From a virus, in IMG/VR virus record IMGVR_UViG_3300034148_000087: a stretch of 41,764 bases of DNA; one strand, 5' to 3'. Numbering within the stretch: the first letter of the stretch is position 1; each line of letters starts with the position of its first letter. The notes beneath the pieces were generated by a model. That model had not been told where the DNA came from. It was given only the letters and a program-made list of their open reading frames with translations, and did not search any database. Below are positions 33,203 through 40,345 of this stretch, one piece after another. The position numbers were made by a program, and so were the translations under genes.

Positions 33203-34048
33203 ATGCGCCCAACTGAGGGACCCAGGCCCTTTTCCATTTCACAGTGGAGAACCTATCAGCGCTGCGCGGCCCAGTACCGCTTCGGTTACATCGAGGGAGG
33301 CGCCAGCGCAGCCAATACTCTGATGATCCGCGGGCGGGGGGTGGATTCTGCCGCGAGCCACAATTATCGCCAGAAGGCCATGAGCCATCATGACCTTCCG
33401 GTCCGAGACGTGATGGACGTGGCGGCGACTGCCGTCGATGAAGCGTTTCATGGTCGCGTGATCTTGACCCGGGACGAGCGCGGCATCGGACACCGTAACG
33501 TGCAGGGCGCCGTGCTGGACGAAGCGGTGCGCATGGCCAGGGTCTATCACATGCACCTGGCTCCTTCGGTTCAGCCGGCTCTGGACAAAGAAGGAAAGCC
33601 TGCCGTCCAGGAGCGCTTGCTCGTGACGCCGGCGGCGAACATCCTGTCGCGGCCACTCGTTGGCATCGTGGACGTGAGGACTGCCGACGGCGGGATCTTG
33701 GACGTGAAGGCGAAGAAGGCCGCGCTTCGGGAGGGCGATGAGCACAGCGATCTTCAGCTGACCGCATACGCGGCCCTGGCCCACGCGGTGCACGGCAAGA
33801 TGCCCGCCTATGTAGGCTTCGACATCGTGCACGGGGGTCGCGGGAAGCGCATCGGATCGGAGCGCCGGACCTCGACCCGCACCCGGGAGGATTTTATCGC
33901 CCTGGCCGACAACTTCCGCGCGACGGTGGGAGCGATTGAGGCCGGGTCCTTTCCGCCCACGGGTATGAATACGTGGGCCTGTTCGGAGGAAAACTGTACG
34001 TTCTGGGAGGAATGCCCATTCGTCCGTGGCGTGCGTTCACGCCGCTAA
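33203..34048 (+). CDS. PD-(D/E)XK exonuclease, Cas4/RecB-like with a Cys cluster
   Basis: ATG (residue 49 of the track ORF) after GAAGGAGGACAACG. Motifs IVDVRT...ILDVKAKK (D...D/ExK) and DLQLTAYA (QxxxY). One N-terminal Cys (YQRCAAQY) plus C-terminal CSEENCTFWEEC, as in Cas4/AddB-type Fe-S nucleases. Confidence 0.7.
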   Translation: MRPTEGPRPFSISQWRTYQRCAAQYRFGYIEGGASAANTLMIRGRGVDSAASHNYRQKAMSHHDLPVRDVMDVAATAVDEAFHGRVILTRDERGIGHRNVQGAVLDEAVRMARVYHMHLAPSVQPALDKEGKPAVQERLLVTPAANILSRPLVGIVDVRTADGGILDVKAKKAALREGDEHSDLQLTAYAALAHAVHGKMPAYVGFDIVHGGRGKRIGSERRTSTRTREDFIALADNFRATVGAIEAGSFPPTGMNTWACSEENCTFWEECPFVRGVRSRR

Positions 34049-34076
34049 TCACTTCACCGCTGGAGGATTTACTGCA

Positions 34077-35015
34077 ATGGCAACGACACCGAAACGATCC
34101 GAATCCCCGACACCCAATCCTCCGCCACAGCTGGAGCCGGAGGTCGATTACCTGCATGAGGTCGGGCCCGCTGGAGCCATCATCCGCGGCGGCGCGGCGC
34201 TGACCCGAATCGAAAACGACACCATCGCGCAGATGGCAATCACGAGGCCACGGAACCCAGCGAAGGTTCTCCAGGCGTGTCTGAAAGAGCTGGAGCTGAT
34301 GGATCCGAAGCGGGCGGAAAAGCTCTGGTACAAGATCCCCTACAAGGACGATGGCGCCGAAGGCGGGCAGTCGATGGTGCAGGGGATCAATATCCGTGCG
34401 GCCAACATCATGGTCCGGCAGTGGGGCAACTGCTCCGCGTCCTGCCGGGAGGTTGAGCGCAATGAGGACGGGACCACGCTGGAGGGGGTGTTCATCGATT
34501 TCGAGACGATGACCCGCATCCAGGGAATCCGGGTTGCCTCGTGGTATCGCAAGCTGAAGGGCAAGAACCAGGTCGTGCGGCTGCGGGCGGATGAGTTCGC
34601 CAACGCCGTGATCATCGCGGGGCAGAAGGCAAAGCGCAACGCGATCCTGGACGGCCTGCCCGACTATCTCAAGGAGGCGTTCTGGAATAAGGCCCGGGCC
34701 ATTGCTGCCGGGAATGTCGCACGCCCCGAGGGTAAGAAGATTTCCCCGGCCGAGGTCGCCAAGCGGATCGTGGATGCCTTTCTGCCGTACCAGGTATCGC
34801 GTGCCGACCTGGAGAAAAAACTCGGGCACGAGCTTGAAAAGTGCAAGCCGGAGGAGTGGGCCGACCTGAAGGGCATGCTGAACGCCCTGGAGCAGCGCGA
34901 GGTCAGCGCCAACGATTTGTTCCCGCCCGAGGAAGAGCCGGGCGTGACTACCCCCGAGCGCGAACCAGGCGAGGAGGCAGAGGGCGAGGAGGAAAGTCCT
35001 CTGTTCGGCAAGTGA
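34077..35015 (+). CDS. Putative single-strand annealing protein (RecT/Bet-like)
   Basis: Immediately downstream of the exonuclease. LWYKIPY, SMVQGINIRAANIMVRQWGN and AGQKAKRNAILDGLP resemble recombinase motifs. Acidic C-terminal tail. The family assignment is tentative. Confidence 0.45.
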   Translation: MATTPKRSESPTPNPPPQLEPEVDYLHEVGPAGAIIRGGAALTRIENDTIAQMAITRPRNPAKVLQACLKELELMDPKRAEKLWYKIPYKDDGAEGGQSMVQGINIRAANIMVRQWGNCSASCREVERNEDGTTLEGVFIDFETMTRIQGIRVASWYRKLKGKNQVVRLRADEFANAVIIAGQKAKRNAILDGLPDYLKEAFWNKARAIAAGNVARPEGKKISPAEVAKRIVDAFLPYQVSRADLEKKLGHELEKCKPEEWADLKGMLNALEQREVSANDLFPPEEEPGVTTPEREPGEEAEGEEESPLFGK

Positions 35016-35281
35016 GCGGTGCGCCACGCCTGGCCATCCGCGACGAGAAGCCATGGGTCGTTGCCTACATCGCCTCGGAGGGAACGATGGACGACGCCAT
35101 CGAGATCGCCAGGATCTTGCGCCGGATTGTCAACGAGGATGGTGGTCTCGACGGGCAAGTGTGGCAGGACTGGAAAGCAGCTCTGTCCGAGTATTTGCGA
35201 CGCTTCGTCGAACGCCTTACCGGGAAACCAGCCCCCGAGCTGGTGGAGCGTGAAGTCCCGCCGCACGAAAAGCTCCAATGA
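35012..35281 (+). CDS. Hypothetical protein (89 aa)
   Basis: GTG (residue 58 of track ORF 34841..35281) overlaps the previous TGA. Confidence 0.55.
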   Translation: MSGAPRLAIRDEKPWVVAYIASEGTMDDAIEIARILRRIVNEDGGLDGQVWQDWKAALSEYLRRFVERLTGKPAPELVEREVPPHEKLQ

Positions 35282-35514
35282 TCGGCCGGTGCTCCCGGTG
35301 TCGCCGGCCGATGAAGGGCAGCACTGCCTATGATGGGGCCTGTGCCTGCGGAGGGTTGATCGAAGTCGGGGGCGCGGGGGTTCAGCCGGATCCCCGCGCT
35401 CGCGAGCTGATGGAAGCAGCGATAGAGATTCAGGAGAAACTTTCACCCGAGGAGCTGGACGAACTTGAACGCCAAACCATGAGGAGGACCCGTGCCCACG
35501 AAAAAGACCAGTAA
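35278..35514 (+). CDS. Small zinc-ribbon-like protein (78 aa)
   Basis: ATGA overlap. Motifs CSRC ... CACGG. Confidence 0.55.
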   Translation: MIGRCSRCRRPMKGSTAYDGACACGGLIEVGGAGVQPDPRARELMEAAIEIQEKLSPEELDELERQTMRRTRAHEKDQ

Positions 35515-36220
35515 CCCCCCCCCGTCACTCCCGGTCCCGCAACCCCCCGGTCGCAATCTCGGCGTGCTGGATGCGATGGTCCAGACCGCCGTGCAGAATG
35601 CATCGAAGACCATGGTTCGTTACCGCGGCGCCCTGGAAACCGCCGACCGCGTGCAGATCACGAACGAGCATGAACGGGAATCATGGTCTGCGTTCCATGC
35701 GGATCTTACCGAGGCCTTTAAGCTGGTAGATCAAGAGCGGAAGGATGCAGCCGCCCCGTGGGACCGGGTGACCAAATCCATCAATGCCGCGTACCGCACC
35801 ACCCTCGACGCCCTTGACTCTGCGAAGCGGCTGGTGGGCAACCGCCTGGCCGTGTTCATTGCCGAGGAGAGGAGCCGTCAGGAGAAGGAACTGGAGGATC
35901 AGCGCGAGCGGGAGCGCCTGGCCGCGAAGCACGCCCAGGAGTCAGGGCAGCAGATCGTGGTGCGCCCGAAGGCGGCGGAGGTACCCGTGCAGTCAGCGGT
36001 CAGGACGTCTGCCGGTACTACCTCAACGCGCGAGAACTGGGACTGTGAGGTCACGAACCTGGAAATCATCCCCCGGGAATTTCTGGTCTTCGACAAACAG
36101 CTGGTCGTTGCCAAGTGCCGTTCGATGGAGAAGTCGGTCGGCGCTCCGCGCGAGGACGCCTTTGCTGGGTTGCGGGTGTTCAAGGCAGTCAGCGTCGCCT
36201 CCTCGAAGCGGGTGCTGTGA
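35492..36220 (+). CDS. Gp157-like protein (coiled coil plus C-terminal beta domain)
   Basis: GTG after GAGGAGGACCC. Central charged coiled coil and C-terminal NWDCEVTNLEIIPREFLVFDKQLV...GLRVF resemble the siphovirus Gp157 family pattern. Tentative. Confidence 0.4.
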   Translation: MPTKKTSNPPPSLPVPQPPGRNLGVLDAMVQTAVQNASKTMVRYRGALETADRVQITNEHERESWSAFHADLTEAFKLVDQERKDAAAPWDRVTKSINAAYRTTLDALDSAKRLVGNRLAVFIAEERSRQEKELEDQRERERLAAKHAQESGQQIVVRPKAAEVPVQSAVRTSAGTTSTRENWDCEVTNLEIIPREFLVFDKQLVVAKCRSMEKSVGAPREDAFAGLRVFKAVSVASSKRVL

Positions 36221-36618
36221 TGGACGGCTCTGGTTTTTACTATCTCCATACGAATGGTGAGCTGATCTATAAACGCTTCCGACCGGACCCGTCTGACTTC
36301 GTCCGTCGCATTTGGGAAATCGAACCCTCGGATCGTGGAAATGCCTGGAGGATCCTCCTCGAGGCCGCGGCGCTTGGGATCCGCCAGGACCGGCTGGATG
36401 AGCTTTGCCGTGCGTGGGGTATCACGCCGGTGGACCTGGTGGAGTATTTCTCCCGAGTCGGCTCCAAGGATTCGACCAAGGAACGCTTTGAGGGGATGAA
36501 ACGGATCATCAGCTCGGTGTGGCGGTACAATCCCGACGAGCTCCTGGATCACATTAGCGCGACACCACCCGGGGGCCGGCCCGACATGAGCAAATATCCC
36601 TGGCCGAACCCACGATGA
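36220..36618 (+). CDS. Hypothetical protein (132 aa)
   Basis: ATGA overlap (residue 36 of track ORF 36115..36618). Confidence 0.6.
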   Translation: MDGSGFYYLHTNGELIYKRFRPDPSDFVRRIWEIEPSDRGNAWRILLEAAALGIRQDRLDELCRAWGITPVDLVEYFSRVGSKDSTKERFEGMKRIISSVWRYNPDELLDHISATPPGGRPDMSKYPWPNPR

Positions 36619-36833
36619 GCGCCCAGCTTATTTTAAAAGCCGGAACCATTGAGCTGTGGACGGAGGGCCTGGATGACCCAGGCCCTGAGTTCAAGATTTT
36701 CGCCCGATGTTCCTACTGCGGCGTAATACTCCACTCCAGGACCCTTAGCGCTACCGCGGACAAGGAACAGGCATTCGGAGCCGTTCATGACGCCATGGTC
36801 GCGAATGCTCATTCTTGCGCTGAAAAGAACTAG
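36615..36833 (+). CDS. Hypothetical protein (72 aa)
   Basis: ATGA overlap. CSYCG motif. Confidence 0.55.
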   Translation: MSAQLILKAGTIELWTEGLDDPGPEFKIFARCSYCGVILHSRTLSATADKEQAFGAVHDAMVANAHSCAEKN

Positions 36834-36888
36834 GCGACGGCCGAGGACGGGCAGAAGGCCCGGCCAGGCAGCCCCAGGCTGAGCGTCC

Positions 36889-36948
36889 GGCAGGTGGGCG
36901 AGGGGATTGCCTTCACCCCTTCCCGCCTGCCATGGGGCGGCCCATGGC
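36889..36948 (+). other. Two adjacent strong hairpins in the intergenic region
   Basis: ggcaggtgggcgagggg (36889-36905) pairs with ccccttcccgcctgcc (36916-36931) with one bulge. This is followed by gccatggg-gcgg-cccatggc (36929-36948), which shares 3 nt with the first 3' arm. Confidence 0.5.
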
Positions 36949-37095
36949 GCCCTGATGGAGAAAATGAATCGAGAGGAGGAACTGTCGATTTGCCATGCGG
37001 GGGGTCGTGGTAGGATGCGCCGGGGTCGAGGCGGGTCGGGTCGGGTCCTCCCTGCCGAAGTCGGTCGCCGCAAGCGCCCGGCCGGCCCCAAAAAA

Positions 37096-37111
37096 TGTTT
37101 CACGTGAAACA
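37096..37111. promoter_or_regulatory. parS: Perfect consensus parS site
   Basis: TGTTTCACGTGAAACA is a 16-bp perfect palindrome identical to the chromosomal ParB/Spo0J parS consensus. It is intergenic, 31 nt upstream of the ATG at 37142. Confidence 0.75.
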
Positions 37112-37141
37112 CTCCCTCATCCCCGTCGACCCGGAGGGCAG

Positions 37142-38101
37142 ATGTACCACGAAGTCGATACCGATCTTCCCAACCACAAAAAGTCGAGACGGTTGGCGGC
37201 TCTGCTCGGAGAGCGGCGCGCCTGGACCCGCATCGTGGAGCTATGGCTCTGGGCAAACCTGTACGCCCTGGATGGTGATCTCTCTGACATGACTGATGAG
37301 GATCTTGCGTACGCGATGGGGTACAGATTTGAGAGTGCCATCCCAAAAGACATCAGGAAAGCACTCATTTCTTCCGGGTTTTTAACACAGGATGGTCAAC
37401 TTCATGGGTGGTCAGAGCGAGCTAAGAACTTGAAAAAGAAGCGACTTGCGATGCGCAAGCTGCGAGCGGCCCGTGGTGAATCTGTTACCGCAATGTTACC
37501 GCTTAGTGGTGCCGCTGTGGCGCCTGATCTTGAACTTGAACTAGAGCATGATCTTGAACATGATCCCCCTATATCCCCCCTTTGTGTTCCCTGTACCTTG
37601 GTGGCGAAAGAACTGGAGGAGCTGTCCGAGGTTGCCCCCCGATGGACGGAGAGAGGCCACATCGAGAAGATCCATTCCCGCCACGCCGAGCACGGGGTCG
37701 AGAAGTGCCTGGACGTTGTCCGGGTGGTGGTGCCAAGGCTGATGCGCAGCGACGATTTCAAGCGTTTCGCCCGCGTGGATACTCTGTTCGGCCCCAAGAA
37801 TTTCCTCAAATACCTGGATGAAGTGAAGCTGGCGCGTACCCGGACACACGACCCGAGCCGGTCAGGACTGAATGGGTACCGACGCACAGGGGATGAACCA
37901 TCCGAGTCAGAGAAACCCCTTTCACCAGCGGTACTTCGCTCAGTGGTCGACTATCACATCTCAAAAATCAAGACCCGGCTCGGTGACGCCGAGGAGCTGG
38001 CCCAGTATCCCCATCTGAAGGCCCTCCTTGAGGAGCAATTAACCGCGCTGGAGGCTGAGCGCGCCGTGATCGTGGTGCCAGAAAGTGAGGCAGAGCAATG
38101 A
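37142..38101 (+). CDS. Replication-organiser-like protein (DUF4373/DnaD-like N-terminus, tentative)
   Basis: ATG (residue 50 of track ORF 36995..38101) after GGAGGGCAG. The N-terminal pattern YHEVDTDLPNHKKSRRLAALLGERRAWTRIVELWLWA...DEDLAYAMGY...IRKALISSGFL resembles Lin1244/DUF4373-type phage replication proteins. Acidic DLELELEHDLEHD linker. Confidence 0.4.
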   Translation: MYHEVDTDLPNHKKSRRLAALLGERRAWTRIVELWLWANLYALDGDLSDMTDEDLAYAMGYRFESAIPKDIRKALISSGFLTQDGQLHGWSERAKNLKKKRLAMRKLRAARGESVTAMLPLSGAAVAPDLELELEHDLEHDPPISPLCVPCTLVAKELEELSEVAPRWTERGHIEKIHSRHAEHGVEKCLDVVRVVVPRLMRSDDFKRFARVDTLFGPKNFLKYLDEVKLARTRTHDPSRSGLNGYRRTGDEPSESEKPLSPAVLRSVVDYHISKIKTRLGDAEELAQYPHLKALLEEQLTALEAERAVIVVPESEAEQ

Positions 38102-38316
38102 AACACCACCACTGTTCATGCTGGAAGAAGCATCTTCGGAAGATGTCAATCAAGGCGGGGGAGAGGCTGAGCGCCCGCCGCACCACCGGGATCTGTATCC
38201 GCTGCGGTCAGAAACCTTCGAAGGTGGGCCGAGCGATGTGTGAGAGATGCCTTGCCGAGAACGCTTTGGCGGTCAGAGCGCATCGCGAGGCCCAAACGAA
38301 ACGGAGGGTTGGATGA
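38098..38316 (+). CDS. Small zinc-ribbon-like protein (72 aa)
   Basis: ATGA overlap. Motifs HHHCSC, CIRCG and CERC. Confidence 0.55.
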   Translation: MKHHHCSCWKKHLRKMSIKAGERLSARRTTGICIRCGQKPSKVGRAMCERCLAENALAVRAHREAQTKRRVG

Positions 38317-38714
38317 AAAAACCAAAACACGAGAAGGGCAAAGAGCCGTGGGCGACCGAGAACCGGGTGCTTCCGGTAGAGCTTACCGAGGAGGAAATCC
38401 GGCAGCATCGCAAGGACCTGGCCCAGCGCATGGTTCAAATCATTCAGACAGAGGAGGAGCTTGCAGCCCATTCAGCCGACGTCAGGGGCCGGCTGAAGGA
38501 AGCCACGGCTGGGGTCCGGCGCCTGGCCAGGATCATCTCCTCCGGAACCGACCAGCGCAGCGTGGCGTGCTCAGTGTATCGCCGGCTTGAGGACCGGATG
38601 CACGTCGTGGTGCGTAACGATACGGACGAGGTCGTGTTCGAGCGCGGGCTGACAGAGGAGGAGGAGTTGGCCCTCCGTCAGCAGGCACTTCCCGGAGTTG
38701 AGGCCATTCAGTGA
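38313..38714 (+). CDS. Hypothetical protein (133 aa)
   Basis: ATGA overlap (residue 23 of track ORF 38247..38714). Confidence 0.6.
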   Translation: MKKPKHEKGKEPWATENRVLPVELTEEEIRQHRKDLAQRMVQIIQTEEELAAHSADVRGRLKEATAGVRRLARIISSGTDQRSVACSVYRRLEDRMHVVVRNDTDEVVFERGLTEEEELALRQQALPGVEAIQ

Positions 38715-39436
38715 ATCCAGAAATCCCACTCTCCGATGTGTGGGACGAGTGCGCCATCGATGCTGAGATTCTCGGCCGCAACGCAGCCGCGCGCAAGATA
38801 GCTAAACGCCTGCCACCGCTCTCTGACCAGGCGAAACAGGTTGCACTCACCGGTGATTTCGAGGCGATGTTGAGCGAGGCCGCATTTGAACGCTGGACCG
38901 GCATCCCGAGGAAGCGCCCAAAGCCGGGCGAACAACGGGACTTCGGAGATGTAGAGGGCGGGGGCAGCGTGAAGTCGGCGCCGGACTTTCGGGACGTGTT
39001 GTTCCGAAAGCAACAGAATTGGGCGGTGGCGGCCTGGCAGTTTACTCATGCGCAGTGGATCGTTTTTCTTTCTATCGAGAAGGGCCGGGACCTAGGCCCT
39101 ATCACCGAGTGGCAGTCGCGCATGGCGTCCAAGTGCCTTTTTACCCGACGGTGGATTGAGCGCGGCCGCTGGCTGGAGCCGCTTGCTGTGATCCGCGGCT
39201 GGCTTCCCAACGCGGCCCTTGAAGTCCTCCCGCCCCGCGTGAACGAGGAGGATGGCCAGCACCGGCTCAACGATTCGTGGCGTCTCGTAGGAGTGGAACT
39301 GATCCGGCCGTGGCCGGATCACCCGCGGCCCATCTCGGCCTGGCTCTTGAGGGATTTACTGGCGGTCGAGCCAAGAGAGGAGGAACGTCAAAGTTTCTTG
39401 GATGGCATGAAGCGCAGTCTGTATCCCACGGACTGA
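38711..39436 (+). CDS. Hypothetical protein (241 aa)
   Basis: GTGA overlap. Trp-rich. No family recognised. Confidence 0.6.
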   Translation: MNPEIPLSDVWDECAIDAEILGRNAAARKIAKRLPPLSDQAKQVALTGDFEAMLSEAAFERWTGIPRKRPKPGEQRDFGDVEGGGSVKSAPDFRDVLFRKQQNWAVAAWQFTHAQWIVFLSIEKGRDLGPITEWQSRMASKCLFTRRWIERGRWLEPLAVIRGWLPNAALEVLPPRVNEEDGQHRLNDSWRLVGVELIRPWPDHPRPISAWLLRDLLAVEPREEERQSFLDGMKRSLYPTD

Positions 39437-39504
39437 CCTTGCTCGGAGCCGGAAGCCCCCTGAGCATTGATCCCAACCCGCTTCCGAGTGGAAGGAGTGA
39501 CCCG

Positions 39505-39963
39505 ATGCAAGTTCCAAAAGTTCCCGTTCGGATCTTGGCAGCTCTGGTCGGGATGGTTTTTGTTCTCTCAGCCGCGTTCGCTGCCCTGGCCGTTACGTCC
39601 AGTGCTTTCATCGCGGCCGTTGCCGCCCAGCCACGTGCTGACAGGATGGAGAGTGTTTGTTTTTACCTGCCTGACGGCAAGACGATTAACCTCCCCTATG
39701 TAAACCCGCCGCACCGCGGTGACAACCTGGAGATTCGCTCCGCGCTGGTCGAGACGGCCACGCGGCACCGAGCCGACGTCGTCGCCTCAGGCAAGGCCAC
39801 CGGCTGGGAGGACCGCATGGTTCTGGCTGCGATGACGGAGCAGTGGAGCGAAGGCGGGCTATCCTGCACCTACGGGATCAGCCGCTCCGGGGGTCGGATG
39901 TACAACTGCACCTGCGATGCCGGCGGCGGGGGCTGCACCCGCGTCATCGTGAAAGAGTACTAG
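39505..39963 (+). CDS. Secreted or membrane-anchored Cys-containing protein (152 aa)
   Basis: ATG (residue 77 of track ORF 39277..39963) after GGAAGGAGTGACCCG. The N-terminal hydrophobic segment ILAALVGMVFVLSAAFAALAV is signal-anchor-like. Confidence 0.55.
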   Translation: MQVPKVPVRILAALVGMVFVLSAAFAALAVTSSAFIAAVAAQPRADRMESVCFYLPDGKTINLPYVNPPHRGDNLEIRSALVETATRHRADVVASGKATGWEDRMVLAAMTEQWSEGGLSCTYGISRSGGRMYNCTCDAGGGGCTRVIVKEY

Positions 39964-40345
39964 GAAATCACCGCGCGGTGCGGTGGTGACCCCCTGCCCG
40001 TCCTGGGTGAAAGCCCGAATCGCTGCTCTCTGAGGAGGGCGGGCGGGGGAACTTTTCAAGAAGAGGGGTGCCGGACTGAATTGTCTCCCGCCTTACCCGG
40101 CGGGCGGGTGTGCACAGCACCATTCGGCCAGCGCTGGGAGGATGCGCGCGCATTATCCCACGACTGACGAAATGGGAGCCGGGAGCTTTATGAACATCCG
40201 ATCTGCCGTCGCCTGCCAGGGCCCCATCCGATAGCGGTTTCCCCGGGCGGTTCCGAGTGGAGGTTGCTTGTTGAGACGGGAGGGAGTACAGCGGGCGACG
40301 GCGTTTTCTCATCCATCACTTTAACTTTCGGAAAGGACCCGAACC

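Noticed and set aside
36907-37107. 66-aa plus-strand ORF running through the hairpins and into parS
   Set aside because: The translation is Gly/Arg-rich, there is no Shine-Dalgarno, and it ends inside the palindrome. It is more plausibly non-coding.
39968-40312. 114-aa minus-strand ORF filling the gap upstream of parB (a possible divergent regulator)
   Set aside because: The composition is Arg/Ser/Pro/Gly-rich, with no HTH-like or other motif and no Shine-Dalgarno. I treat the gap as non-coding or regulatory.
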